Positions 21,512 to 35,447 are shown, numbered from the stretch's first letter. The stretch is DNA of 64,000 nt from Macrostomum hystrix (GCA_950097015.1 CATNEN010000038.1:21452001-21516000); one strand, 5' to 3'. The notes: generated from the sequence alone by a model not told the origin. Program-made: numbers and translations.

Positions 21512-24500
21512 ATGACGTCAATAGAAAGCTTTGAAACGAGAATTTGTACCAGACTAACAGAACTCGTTGGGGCTTGTAGCGGCGACGGCGAAAGTGCTGG
21601 GCGAGACGGCGAGTCGACGGATGCTAACTTTTTCGATGGCTTAAGAATTGAAATAGCAGAGAAGTAAGTTAAATTTTATGCATTCACTCACCAGTATACC
21701 TAGACCCTTAGTCTAGCAGGATCTACAGAAGTTCCCAGTTCGATCCACTATAATCCTCATTTTGATTCACCAGAATCCCGAGTTTGATTCAACCGAATCC
21801 CCAGTTTGATCCATCAGAATTCCTCAGTTCGATCCATCAGAATCCCCGGTTTGATCCATCAGAATTCCCAGTTCGATCCATCAGAATCTCCAGTTTGATC
21901 CATCAGAATCCTCAGTTCGATCCATCAGAATCCACAATTCGATCCATCAGAATCCCCAGTTTGATCTATCAGAATCCCCAGTTTGATCCATCAGAATTCC
22001 CCAGTTTGATCCATCAGAATTCCTCAGTTCGATCCATCAGAATCCACGGTTTGATCCATCAGAATCCCCAGTTCGATCCATCAGAATTCCCAGTTCGATC
22101 CATCAGAATCCCCAGTTCGATCCATCAGAGTTCGATCCATCAGAATCCACAGTTCGATCATCAGAATCCCCAGTTTGATCCATCAGAATTCCCCAGTTTG
22201 ATCCATCAGAATCCCCAGTTTGATCCATCAGAATCCCCCAGTTTGACCTACCAGCAGCATCCTTGTATCTTCAGTTTAACATTTTGCTTATTCTTCCTTC
22301 TCTAAACAGACACGGCAGCATTGAGAACTACTTGGAATATGTCTTAGATCGATATATTCAATGCAACTATCTGGGTCCTGTGCCCTCCGAAGTCGCCTCA
22401 TCTACCGATAATAATAATGTCGAATCTGACGAAGATAAGACTTTTATATCCTACCTGGAGTCCGTGTGCTCAGAGCCAGTCTTCACTAAGGCCAGCAATT
22501 TGCGTTGCTTGGCAATTTGTCAATACGTTGTTGACAATCTTCTAGAAGAATTACGGCCAAGCTATTGCCTGTATGCGGCGCGTTTAATTTACCTGCTGCA
22601 GGATCTGCTTGAGGATAAAGCTCCTTCGTTGCATGGTCGATTAATGCGAATTGTTGAAAATGAGACAGCTATCAGAGGTTTGTTGACCTATACATTCCTG
22701 TCCCCAGATCCCATATTTGCCCATCAACTGTCCCCAGATCCCATATTTGCCCATCAACTGTCCCCAGATCCTATATTTGCCCATCAACTGTCCCCAGATC
22801 CCATATTTGCCCATCAACTGTCCCCAGATCCCATATTTGCCCATAAACTGTCCCCAGATCCCATATTTGCCCATAAACTGTCCCCAGATACCATATTTGC
22901 CCATCAACTGTCCCCAGATCCCATATTTGCCCATCAACTGTCACCAGATCCTATATTTGCCCATAAACTGTCCCCAGATCCCATATTTGCCCATAAACTG
23001 TCCCCAGATCCCATATTTGCCCATAAACTGTCCCCAGATACCATATTTGCCCATCAACTGTCCCCAGATCCCATATTTGCCCATCACCTGTCCCCAGATC
23101 CTATATTTGCCCATAAACTGTCCCCAGATCCCATATTTGCCCATCAACTGTCCCCAGATCCCATATTTGCCCATCAACTGTCCCCAGATCCCATATTTGC
23201 CCATAAACTGTCCCCAGATCCCATATTTGCCCATAAACTGTCCCCAGATACCATATTTGCCCATCAACTGTCCCCAGATCCCATATTTGCCCATCACCTG
23301 TCCCCAGATCCCATATTTGCCCATCACCTGTCCCCAGATCCTATATTTGCCCATAAACTGTCCCCAGATACCATATTTGCCCATCAACTGTCCCCAGATC
23401 CCATATTTGCCCATCACCTGTCCCCAGATCCTATATTTGCCCATAAACTGTCCCCAGATCCCATATTTGCCCATCAACTGTCCCCAGATCCTATATTTGC
23501 CCATCAACTGCCCCAGATCCCATATTTGCCCATAAACTGTCCCCAGATCCCATATTTGCCCTAAACTGTCCCCAGATCCCATATTTGCCCATCAACTGTC
23601 CCCAGATACCATATTTGCCCATCAACTGTCCCCAGATCCCATATTTGCCCATCAACTGTCCCCAGATCCCATATTTGCCCATCAACTGTCCCCAGATCCT
23701 ATATTTGCCCATAAACTGTCCCCAGATCCCATATTTGCCCATAAACTGTCCCCAGATCCCATATTTGCCCATAAACTGTCCCCAGATCCCATATTTGCCC
23801 ATCAGCTGTCCCCAGATACCATATTTGCCCATAAACTGTCCCCAGATACCATATTTGCTCATCAACTGTCCCCAGATCCCATATTTGCCCATCAACTGTC
23901 CCCAGATCCCATATTTGCCCATCAACTGTCCCCAGATCCCATATTTGCCCATCAACTGTCCCCAGATCCCATATTTGCCTATCACCTGTCCCCAGATCCC
24001 ATATTTGCCGATCACCTGTCCCCCAGATCCCATATTTGCCCATCAACTGTCCCCAGATCCAGTCCTATGTAGCCTGACGAAAGTCCACAATATCCATTTC
24101 GACAGACACCGAGACGGACCCCAGCGCAGCATCCGAACAAGCAGAAGAGCGCAAGATTGAGCATCAGCTGTTACTAGCTCAGCTCTGCCTGACCTATTTC
24201 GAATCCAAGCAGGCTAATAGACTGCTAGCTGATTGCCAGACTAGATTGGGCCTATCTGCTAGTCTATGCGGCGCGGCCGGTATTAGAACTCGTTTTCAAC
24301 AGCAGAGTCACGCTCAATTATATCTGTCTATTACTAGTACTAGTAGTAGTAGCAGTAGTAAGCGATCGTCTACTACTACTGACAATGAGCAGTCGCTGCT
24401 ACCAAAAGATGTCGCTCCAACAGACGACACTCTGCTCGCTAATGTGAAATTCACTGACTCTTCTGCAGTAGAAGCGGAAGCAGCAACTCGAGCTCTGAAC

Positions 24501-27500
24501 AATCTCACTGCCATCGAGCAGGCTTGTCTGCTACTAGCTGCAGATTGTCACAGGCGTTCGCGCGCCTCTGATGGCATTGTTGAAGAGGAACTGCTGGCCT
24601 ATGCTAATGCTCTTCTGTTGCGACCAATGTCCTGGTGCGTGGCAACCGCCGCCCTGCTTAGAAGGAGTCGAATTGAGCTCGGCCTTTTGGGTGAGTGACA
24701 TCTTTGAGTAGCTTGGTCTTGGCAGATCCTCAAATGGTCTTCAAATTGAGACGGCCATTGTTTCCGATCCTCAATTTGAAATGCCCATTGTTTCAGATCC
24801 TCAATTTGAAATGCCCATTGTTTCAGATCCTCAATTTGAAATGCCCATTGTTTAAGATCCTCAATTTGAAATGCCCATTGTTTAAGATCCTCAATTTGAA
24901 ATGCCCATTGTTTCAGATCCTCAATTTGAAATGCCCATTGTTTCAGATCCTCAATTTGAAATGCCCATTGTTTAAGATCCTCAATTTGAAATGCCCATTG
25001 TTTAAGATCCTCAATTTGAAATGCCCATTGTTTCAGATCCTCAATTTGAAATGCCCATTGTTTCAGATCCTCAATTTGAAATGCCCATTGTTTCAAGAGG
25101 ATTTGAGAAGCCCATTGTTACAAGAGGATTTGAGAAGCCCATTGTTTCAAGAGGATTCGAGAAGCCCATGGTTTCAGATCCCCAATTTGAAATTCCCTTA
25201 GTTTCCGATCCTCCATTTAAGTTGCTCAATGTTTCATATGCTGCCCGTTTCTGATCCTCAAATATGGGATGGCTATTGTTTCAGATCCTCAATCTAGAAC
25301 TGCTATCCCCATAAATATATCAAGAACCTGTTGTGTATACTAAGGAAAGAAATCCCTAAACTCGCGCTAGGAGGCGCTGGCGGCAGCGGCGGTGGCTCGA
25401 CTCGTCGCCTAGAGCGCGCCCTCCAACAGCTGGAAGAATTGTCCGCACAATTAACCAAGCCTCAGCCGACCTTTTCGCCGCATCGCCGTCGACTATTCTT
25501 CGCCTGCTCTCTACCGCCAGCCTGGCAACTGCAGGTGGGCACAGCTGACGCCCTGATGGCTGTCGGTGCGATTAGCTCCGCTTTAGATATCTACCTGCGT
25601 TGGGATCACTATTCTCAAATCATCGCCTGCTATCAACGCTTGGAGAAGCCGGCTTTGGCTGAGAACATTATTAGACAACGCTTAGCCGAGACTGAGACAC
25701 CGGAGCTCTACTGCGCTCTGGCTGAGGTTACTAGGTTTGTGAAGTTGTATTTCTGAAGTTTTTTGCTACTTTTCTAGATAAATTCTCACCTAAGATCATA
25801 CTCATAGCTCGTAGCTAGAGTCGTGAGAATCGTAACTTGAGTTGCAGGAATCGTAGCTAGTCGTGAGAATCGTAGCTAGTCCTGAGAATCGTAGCTAGAG
25901 TCTTGAGAATCGTAGCTAGTCGTGAGAATCGTAGCTAGTCCTGAGAATCGTAGCTAGAGTCGTGAGAATCGTAGCTAGAGTTGCAGGAATCGTAGCTAGC
26001 CGTGAGAATCATAGCTAGTCGCGAGAATCGTAGCTAGTCGTGAGAATCGTAGCTAATCGCGAGAATCGTAGCTAGTCGCGAGAATCGTAGCTTGTCGTGA
26101 GAATCGTAGCTAGTCGTGAGAATCGAAGCTAGTCGCGAGAATCGAAGCTAGTCGCGAGAATCGTAGCTTGTCGTGAGAATCGAAGCTAGTCGCGAGAATC
26201 GAAGCTAGTCGCGAGAATCGTAGCTTGTCGTGAGAATCGTAGCTAATCGCGAGAATCGTAGCTTGTCGTGAGAATCGTAGCTAGTCGCGAGAATCGAAGC
26301 TAGTCGCGAGAATCGTAGCTTGTCGTGAGAATCGAAGCTAGTCGTGAGAATCGTAGCTAATCGCGAGAATCGTAGCTAGTCGCGAGAATCGTAGCTTGTC
26401 GTGAGAATCGTAGCTAGTCGTGAGAATCGAAGCTAGTCGTGAGAATCGTAGCTAGTCGTGAGAATCGAAGCTAGTCGCGAGAATCGTAGCTTGTCGTGAG
26501 AATCGTAGCTTGTCGTGAGAATCGTAGCTAGTCGTGAGAATCGAAGCTAGTCGTGAGAATCGAAGCTAGTCGCGAGAATCGTAGCTTGTCGTGAGAATCG
26601 TAGCTAATCGCGAGAATCGTAGCTTGTCGTGAGAATCGTAGCTAGTCGTGAGAATCGAAGCTAGTCGCGAGAATCGTAGCTAGTCGTGAGAATCGAAGCT
26701 AGTCGTGAGAATCGTAGCTAATCGTGAGAATCGAAGCTAGTCGCGAGAATCGTAGCTAGATTTGCAGGAATCGTAGCTAGAGTTGCAGGAATCGTAGCTA
26801 GAGTCGCAGTCAGAATCGCAGCTAGAGTCCTAAGAATCGTAGACAGAACTGTAGTCAGAATTTAGATGGTGTTTCATTGCAGGGACTGGAATCATTTGCA
26901 CATGGCCTGGCGCCTTTCAAAGGGCCGTTGCGCCCGCGCCGCTCGTTCTCTCGGCTACATCGCAATGGTTAATGGTCAATACACTGAAGCTATGCATCAG
27001 TTTGAGCTGTCTCTGGGCGCCAATCATCTTCAGCCTAAGGCTTGGTTCACATACGGATGCTGCTGCTTGCAGGTTAGCATTTCACTGCGCATGTATGACT
27101 TTGCTGAGTAGAGATTTAAAAACAGGTAGGATAATATGAGATACAGGTAGGATAGTATTAGGTACAGGTAGGATAGTGTGAGAAACAGGTAGGATAGTGT
27201 GAGAAACAGGTAGGATAGTATGAGATACAGGTAGGATAGTATGAGATACAGGTAGGATAGTATGAGATACAGGTAGGATAATATGAGATACAGGTAGGAT
27301 AATATGAGATACAGGTAGGATAGTATGAGATACAGGTAGGATAGTATGAGAAACAGGTAGGATAGTATGAGAAACAGGTAGGATAGTATGAGATACAGGT
27401 AGGATAGTATGAGATACAGGTAGGATAATATGAGATACAGGTAGGATAGTGTGAGAAACAGGTAGGATAATTATAAGTGCCGTTTTTGGAGATAACATAA

Positions 27501-29613
27501 AAAACTGGTAGAAGATTTATCGAAGCAGAATTAAGAGGTTGATGAGGGAGGTACGTGGCAGAGCGGTTAACGATCTTGCCTCTCGCACCAAGGTCCCTGA
27601 GCTCGATTCCGCGGCGAGGCCACATTTCATTTGGGGCGCAGCCGCGGCGAGAAGGCTTGTCGTGCAATTTACGCCCTTTAGGGCCAACCTCCAAGGCACA
27701 GTGAGATTGTACACTGCCAGGCGACGAGAAAGCCAGGGCAGATGTACACACCTGTGAGAGCGTGTGTCTGTACGGCATCTGTGTGCGTGTGTGCTCAGGA
27801 GTCAGCGAAATGAGCAGAATTGCCTCCTCGCTGGCTGCGGGTCTAGTGTCATCAAATGATGTAACACTAGCTAGATGATGTGAAATTATGATAAAATAAT
27901 AATTATTATTGAGAAAAAACTGTTCTCATTTTCATAATGCGCTACTGTGAGTAGGCTGCTATGTATACTGCCTCAAGCGAAGCGAATATAACAGTATAAA
28001 TATTCCCCAATAAAAAATTGCCGCCCGTAGGCTGGCGAACCGGACAAGGCGGAGCAGGCTTTTCGCCGCTCGGCCCAGCTGGAGCCGGACAACTACGAGG
28101 CTTGGACTAATCTGGGCACGGCCATGGTTAAACGGGGCAACAAAATTGGCGCCTGCGCCGCTTTGAGAGAGGCGCTAAAATCTAATTGGGAACAATGGCG
28201 AGTCTGGGATAATTATCTGGCAGTTTGCGCTGACACTGGACAATTTGGCGAAGCTGTCAGAGCCTATCACAGGCTGGTTGAGCTGCGACCCAAATACTGG
28301 GATCCGCACTCCGCCTCTGTTCTTGTTCGAGCTGCCACGCAGGAGAAGGGCCTGGTGGAAGACCGCTCCGCCAGATTGCAACTTCAACGTCAGCTGCTGA
28401 CATTGTTTGCCAGGGTGGCCGCGCAGACTAGCGCCGACGCCGAGTTCTGGTGGCTCTACGCAAGGTTGCTGAGCATGGAAGATGAAGCTGTAGACGGAGA
28501 TAATGGTGAGTCATGTAAACTCAAACTGAAGGTTTCCCAGTCATGTAAACTCAAACAGAAGGTTTCCCAGTCATATAAACTCAAACAGAAGGTTTCCCAT
28601 TCATGTAAACTCAAACAGAAGGTTTCCCAGTCATGTAAACTCAAACAGAAGGTTTCCCAGTCATGTAAACTCAAACAGAAGGTTTCCCAGTCATGTAAAC
28701 TCAAACAGAAGGTTTCCCAGTCATGTAAACTCAAACAGAAGGTTTTCCAGTCATCTAAACTCAAACAGAAGGTTTCCCATTCATCTAAACTCAAACAGAA
28801 GGTTTCCCATTCATGTAAACTCAAACAGAAGGTTTCCCAGTCATGTAAACTCAAACAGAAGGTTTCCCAGTCATGTAAACTCAAACAGAAGGTTTCCCAG
28901 TCATGTAAACTCAAACAGAAGGTTTTCCAGTCATCTAAACTCAAACAGAAGGTTTCCCAGTCATCTAAACTCAAACAGAAGGTTTCCCAGTCATGTAAAC
29001 TCAAACTGAAGGTTTTTCAGTCATCTAAACTCAAACTGAAGGTTTCCCAGTCATGTAAACTCAAACAGAAGGTTTCCCAGTCATGTAAACTCAAACAGAA
29101 GGTTTCCCAGTCATGTAAACTCAAACAGAAGGTTTCCCAGTCATGTAAACTCAAACAGAAGGTTTCCCAGTCATGTAAACTCAAACAGAAGGTTTCCCAG
29201 TCATGTAAACTCAAACAGAAGGTTTTCCAGTGTTTTAAACTCAAACTGAACTCAAAAACTCAAACTCAAAAGACCCAGCCGATCATCGGGCCTCGCTGAC
29301 ACCGGAAGCAAAGACTCGCGTGCTTCAAACCCTACAGAAGTGTCATCGTTGCGATACTCAACAATCTGATTGGTTTCGCGAGTCCGCCCAGAGAAGAGAT
29401 CGAGTGTTGAGTCGCGCAGCGGACATTGCTCAGCGCTATGTGGACTATGCCGGTGACTGTCCGCAGAGTCTACTATCAGCCAGACTCATGTTGACTGGTC
29501 TATTGGCTCGCAAACTGGAAGATGGGCCGCCGTTTCCGCCGCCATCCAATGAGCTGATGCTAAGATTGAAGTCTCAATTGGAACTGATTAACGATCTGAT
29601 GAAAGCTAGTTAG
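21512..29613 (+). CDS. TTC27: Tetratricopeptide repeat protein 27 (EMW1-like); exons 21512-21663, 22310-22677, 24106-24690, 25371-25734, 26883-27072, 28031-28505, 29279-29613
   Basis: All joins keep frame with GT-AG. Motifs: YIQCNYLGP, GIRTRFQQ, DDTLL, ALLRRSRIE, RRLERALQQLEEL, TPRs (AWRLSKGRCARAARSLG, PDNYEAWTNLG, WRVWDNY). Confidence 0.9.
21735..22250. repeat. ~22-bp intronic minisatellite
   Basis: (gatccatcagaatccccagttt)n. Confidence 0.9.
22698..24060. repeat. 30-bp intronic minisatellite
   Basis: (tccccagatcccatatttgcccatcaactg)n. Confidence 0.95.
24725..25295. repeat. 30-bp intronic minisatellite
   Basis: (atgcccattgtttcagatcctcaatttgaa)n with degenerate edges. Confidence 0.95.
25810..26842. 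repeat. 19-bp intronic minisatellite, CpG-rich
   Basis: (gagaatcgtagctagtcgt)n. Confidence 0.95.
27121..27470. repeat. 21-bp intronic minisatellite
   Basis: (acaggtaggatagtatgagat)n. Confidence 0.95.
27545..27862 (+). mobile_element. SINE family A, near full length
   Basis: tRNA-like head with A box (tggcagagcgg) and B box (gctcgattcc), followed by the conserved core shared with five other copies in the window. Confidence 0.85.
28509..29270. repeat. 30-bp intronic minisatellite
   Basis: (ggtttcccagtcatgtaaactcaaacagaa)n filling the intron from donor to acceptor. Confidence 0.95.
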
Positions 29614-29899
29614 GTTAGGACATGACTCTTCTAGTAGTCAGTTTCGATCTTTGCGTCTATTTTATATTTAAAGCTTTTAATTGCTCTTGCCATCAGAGCT
29701 TTTGGCCAACCCGATACTTGTTATTCTACTTGTTATGTACTCGTATTTGTGCACATTTTTCTCGTGAGAATTATTAATTTAAACAATATCGCAAAATATA
29801 ATATATGCAATTTACGCAGCCCTTCAAGCTATATTTGATATTTTTGGACAGATAAAGCTCTGATTCGCACATTTATTTCTAGTGCAAATCTAGTGCAAC

Positions 29900-30385
29900 T
29901 TTCTCCCCTCTTATCTTCAGCCTCCCTCTACCCCTCTGCCCTCCTATCTTCAGCCTCCCTCTACCCCTCTGCCCTCCTATCTTCAGCCTCCCTCTACCCC
30001 TCTGCCCTCCTATCTTCAGCCTCCCTCTACCCCTCTGCCCTCCTATCTTCAGCCTCCCTCTACCCCCTCTGCACTCCTATCTTTAGCCTCTCTTTTCCCT
30101 CTCTCTCCTCCCTCTGCCCAATATACCCTCCCTATACCCTCTCTCCCCTCCCTCTGCCCAATATCCCCTCCCTCTACCCTCTCTCTCCTCCCTCTGCCCA
30201 ATATCCCCTCCCTCTACCCTCTCTCTCCTCCCTCTGCCCAATATACCCTCCCTCTACCCTCTCTCCCCTCCCTCTGCCCAATATCCCCTCCCTCTACCCT
30301 CTCTCCCCTCCCTCTGCCCAATATCCCCTTCCTTCACCCTCTCTCCCCTCCCTCTGCCCAATATCCTCTCCCTCTGCCCCCTTTT
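29900..30385. repeat. Pyrimidine-rich tandem repeats
   Basis: 33-bp units followed by a longer C/T-rich unit. Confidence 0.85.
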
Positions 30386-30464
30386 CTCTTTCAATATTCG
30401 GACTTACTTAATCCTAATTCGCAACACTATTCTTCACAGCGTCACTGTCAACATAGCCTAAACT

Positions 30465-31180
30465 ATGGGTCGCGTCCGCACCAAGACAGTTAAGAAGGCC
30501 GCCCGAGTCATCATCGAGAAGTATTACACCCGTCTGGGCAGCGATTTTCACACCAACAAGCGCGTCTGCGAGGAGGTGGCCATCATTCCTTCAAAGCCGT
30601 TGCGCAACAAAATCGCCGGCTTTGTCACCCACCTGATGAAGCGAATTCAGCGCGGCCCAGTTCGCGGCATCTCCATCCGGCTGCAGGAGGAGGAGCGCGA
30701 GCGCAGAGACAACTACGTGCCTGAGGTGTCCGCTCTGGATGTGAATCTGGAGGTTGATCCTGTCACTAGCCAGATGCTGCGCGCTTTGGATCTCAGCGTA
30801 GAGGCCACGGTATGTGCCCTAGCTAGCTGTTGTTGTCTACTTCTCACTTCCTACCTCTTCTTATGTCTACCTCTCATTATCTACTTTTCTCCGTGTCTAC
30901 TTCTCACTGTCTACCTCTCTTTATATAATTTTCTCCGTGTCTACTTCTCTTTTTACCTAACTCTTCTTGTCTACCTCTTATTTTCTACTTTTCTCCGTGT
31001 CTACTTCTCACCCCCTACCTCTTCTTGTCTACCTCTCATTATATACTTTTCTCTTCTCGGTGTCTACTTCTCCCCCTCCCCTTACCCGTGTCTACTTCTC
31101 ACTCCCGCCTCTTATTTTATTTATGCCTAAGCCTTATCTTCGCTGTGGTTTAATTTTTGCAGATTGCCGAAGCCAACTAA
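30465..31180 (+). CDS. RPS17: 40S ribosomal protein S17; exons 30465-30809 and 31163-31180
   Basis: [21 protein letters not shown]...[46 protein letters not shown] gtatgt donor and tttttgcag acceptor add IAEAN*; AATAAA lies downstream. Confidence 0.97.
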
Positions 31181-31454
31181 ACTCCACGCTGAGTTAATAG
31201 CCGAATTCGGAACTGAAAGGACATTTTAATTTGATCACGCGGACAAGCTTGTTAGTGTCTGTTCAGTATAGTTGGTATTGTTATACGGCGCAGTTTGCAG
31301 CAGTAGTAAATAAAAATCATACTGGACAACAGTTGATAAATTGCGCTTGTCCAATAGTTTTGTTTGGAGCAAAGAAATCTAATAACCTGTTGTATTCGCC
31401 TCAATTGTCTTCAATTGCTTTTTTATAACTTAAGAGCTTCTCACAGAAGTTCTC

Positions 31455-32200
31455 AGAGATCTCAATGGAGGTAAATTACAGGATTAAGATCTCACTGGAG
31501 AAAACTTACAGGAGAGATCTCACTGGAGATAACTTACAGTAGAGAGATCTCACTAGAGATAACTTACAGGAGAGAGATCTCACTGGAGATAACTTACAGG
31601 AGAGAGATCTCACTGGAGATAACTTACAGGAGAGATCTCACTGGAGAAAACTTACAGGAGAGATCTCACTGGAGATAACTTACAGGAGAGAGATCTCACT
31701 GGAGATAACTTACAGGAGAGAGATCTCGCTGGAGGTTAATGGAGAGATCTCAATGGAGGGAAGGGGAGAAATCTCAATGGCGGGAAGGGGAGAGATCTCA
31801 CTGGAGGTTAATGGAGAGATCTCAATGGCGGGAAGGGGAGAGATCTCACTGGAGGTTAATGGAGAGATCTCAATGGCGGGAAGGGGAGAGATCTCACTGG
31901 AGGTTAATGGAGAGATCTCAATGGCGGGAAGGGGAGAGATCTCACTGGAGGTTAATGGAGAGATCTCAATGGCGGGAAGGGGAGAGATCTCACTGGAGGT
32001 TAATGGAGAGATCTCAATGGAGGGAAGGGGAGAGATCTTAACGGTGATTAGGGGAGATCGCAAGGGTGGGAAGTGGGAGATCTGAAGGGTAGGTAGGGGT
32101 AGATCTTAACGGTGAGTAGGGGAGATCGCAAAGGTGGGAAGTGGGAGATCTGAAGGGTTAAATAGGGGGAGATCTCAAGGGTGGTGTAGGGAAAGATCTG
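31455..32200. repeat. Compound agatctc-based tandem repeats (30-bp, then ~57-bp units)
   Basis: Direct inspection. Confidence 0.9.
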
Positions 32201-32598
32201 AACAGAAGGCGGTCAGATTATTTGGCGCGAATATTCGTGTCATTTTTGTGAAATTGGTGTTTGGAGTAAACTAATGGATGCTTCTCAAGCTCTTTTACCC
32301 TTTTGCTATTTGTTCTAATATTTGCAGCCCCACAACTGCTACTTACCGCTGCCTATTTACGAGCGTAATCGTCTTGTATCAGTTGAAACAAAATATTACT
32401 TTTTTGCATTGATCATAGCTCGTACCTCGCGAAAACAGTAATTTTGTATGGCATCGGCCATTTTAGAATTTAAAAAAATATTTAGAATCGATTTTTAGGT
32501 CTTCTCCCTTGTGTTAGTAGCTCGTAGGTGTTAGTTTTTTTAATCTTGGCCAGTGCCGGTTCCGAAGGCTGAACAACTGTCTATTTCAGTCTGTGTAC

Positions 32599-33675
32599 TT
32601 CAGTCTCCCCTCTTTTCTCTCAGTTTTCTACCCTTCAGACTCCCCTCTTTTCTCTCAGTTTTCTACCCTTCAGTCTTCCCTCTTTTCTCTCAGTTTTCTA
32701 CCCTTCAGACTCCCCTCTTTTCTCTCAGTTTTCTACCCTTCAGACTCCCCTCTTTTCTCTCAGTTTTCTACCCTTCAGTCTTCCCTCTTTTCTCTCAGTT
32801 TTCTACCCTTCAGACTCCCCTCTTTTCTCTCAGTTTTCTACCCTTCAGACTCCCCTCTTTTCTCTCAGTTTTCTACCCTTCAGACTCCCCTCTTTTCTCT
32901 CAGTTTTCTACCCTTCAGACTCCCCTCTTTTCTCTCAGTTTTCTACCCTTCAGACTCCCCTCTTTTCTCTCAGTTTTCTACCCTTCAGACTCCCCTCTTT
33001 TCTCTCAGTTTTCTACCCTTCAGTCTTCCCTCTTTTCTCTCAGTTTTCTACCCTTCAGACTCCCCTCTTTTCTCTCAGTTTTCTACCCTTCAGACTCCCC
33101 TCTTTTCTCTCAGTTTTCTACCCTTCAGACTCCCCTCTTTTCTCTCAGTTTTCTACCCTTCAGTCTTCCCTCTTTTCTCTCAGTTTTCTACCCTTCAGAC
33201 TCCCCTCTTTTCTCTCAGTTTTCTACCCTTCAGTCTCCCCTTTTTTCTCTCAGTTTTCTACCCTTCAGACTCCCCTCTTTTCTCTCAGTTTTCTACCCTT
33301 CAGACTCCCCTCTTTTCTCTCAGTTTTCTACCCTTCAGTCTTCCCTCTTTTCTCTCAGTTTTCTACCCTTCAGACTCCCCTCTTTTCTCTCAGTTTTCTA
33401 CCCTTCAGACTCCCCTCTTTTCTCTCAGTTTTCTACCCTTCAGTCTTCCCTCTTTTCTCTCAGTTTTCTACCCTTCAGACTCCCCTCTTTTCTCTCAGTT
33501 TTCTACCCTTCAGTCTTCCCTCTTTTCTCTCAGTTTTCTACCCTTCAGACTCCCCTCTTTTCTCTCAGTTTTCTACCCTTCAGTCTCCCCTTTTTTCTCT
33601 CAGTTTTCTACCCTTCAGTCTTCCCTCTTTTCTCTCAGTTTTCTACCCTTCAGTCTCTCCTCTTCTCAGTTTTCC
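32599..33675. repeat. 35-bp pyrimidine-rich minisatellite
   Basis: (cagttttctacccttcagactcccctcttttctct)n. Confidence 0.95.
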
Positions 33676-34044
33676 ACCAATCTTCGCTGCCCATTATGGA
33701 TTTAGACGGAGTATCTCAGGGGAACAATATTCTTAATCAATGGTGTCATAAAAACTGTAGTACATAAATTACATGGCGTATCAATTTGGTGGATTCAGGA
33801 CCAACCGACAGATCAGACTCAATCAAATAAGATTGATCTTTTTCCTAACTCATCGGACATCATTAATCATAACTAAGAGTGTATTTCTCATGGGATTACT
33901 ATCCGAATTTAATAATCTTCCACCGAGTGCTCAGTGTTATGGCCGAAATTTATGCCCCGACTTGACCTCTTCTAGATGGAATACCTCGCAGTTTCTATCA
34001 ATTTACTTTTCTGAGTCGCCCGTCTGAATATTCTTCATAATACT

Positions 34045-34435
34045 CAGAATCTACTCCGAATTCCCCTCAGGCCATCAGAATCTACTCCGAATTCCCCTCA
34101 GGCCATCAGAATCTACTCCGAATTCCCCTCAGGCCATCAGAATCTACTCCGAATTCCCCTCAGGCCATCAGAATCTACTCCGAATTCCCCTCAGGCCATC
34201 AGAATCTACTCCGAATTCCCCTCAGGCCATCAGAATCTACTCCGAATTCCCCTCAGGCCATCAGAATCTACTCCGAATTCCCCTCAGGCTACTCCTGAGT
34301 TCCCTCAGGATACTCCAGATTCCCCTCAGTACTTCAGAATCTTCTCGAAATTCCCCTCAGGCCATCAGAATCTACTCCGAATTCCCCTCAGTACTTCAGA
34401 ATCTTCTCGAAATTCCCCTCAGGCCTTCAGAATCC
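34045..34435. repeat. 31-bp minisatellite
   Basis: (gaatctactccgaattcccctcaggccatca)n. Confidence 0.9.
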
Positions 34436-34829
34436 ACTTTCGACTCCCTTCATGTTTCCAGAGTCTAATCCTGAATTAGGTCCTTAGATTTTCAAATTTA
34501 AGTCAATTTTACTGCATCGCGTGTCTGTATGGAGACCAGATCTTGATTGGCAGTGCGTGTAAAACGCAAAGCCTTTGAGTTTTAATCGTGCACCAAATCG
34601 ACAACCTTCCGTCTCTGGTTCGGATGAAAAGGCTTATTTATGCAACCAGCCTTTAGACATGAATGAATAATACGAGCCCGTAGGCAACTCAGATAGGGCA
34701 GTTTTTTATTTTCAATTTTCATTGTCAACTGCGTGCTCCGCAAATTTTTTACTTCAGAAAGCATTGTGTAACGCTGATTATTCAACATACGAAGTACTTT
34801 GCTTTGTACAATGCTGTTTACCCAACGTA

Positions 34830-35262
34830 AGTGCTTCAGGAATTCCTTCCTCGCTAGCCTCAGTGCTTCAGGAATTCCTTCCTCGTAACCTCAGTGCTTC
34901 AGGCATTTCTTCCTCCCTAACCTCAGAGCTTCAGGCATTTCTTCCTCCCTAACCTCAGAGCTTCAGGCATTCCATCCTCCCTAACCTCAGAGCTTCAGGC
35001 ATTTCTTCCTCCCTAACCTCAGAGCTTCAGGCATTTCTTCCTCCCTAACCTCAGAGCTTCAGGAATTCCTTCCTTCCTAACCTCAGTGCTTCAGGCATTT
35101 CATCCTCCCTAACCTCAGTGCTTCAGGCATTTCATCCTCCCTAACCTCAGAGCTTCAGGCATTCCATCCTCCCTAACCTCAGAGCTTCAGGAATTCCTTC
35201 CTTCCTAACCTCAGTGCTTCAGGCATTTCATCCTCCCTAACCTCAGAGCTTCAGGCATTTCA
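34830..35262. repeat. 32-bp minisatellite
   Basis: (ttcaggcatttcttcctccctaacctcagagc)n. Confidence 0.9.
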
Positions 35263-35447
35263 CCATCCTTATCCCCCTTTATCCTCCTTCCTGGATGGGG
35301 AAGATTTGTATTTTTCCGGATTCTTGTCCGCCTGATCTTTGTCACTTGCTGCCTTGCCGGGAAAACTGTTGCTTTTCTTTCGGCCTCAATGACCTCAACG
35401 CGAGACGGAATTTTTCTGGCCAATTGAAAATGTACTTTAGTTGTTGA

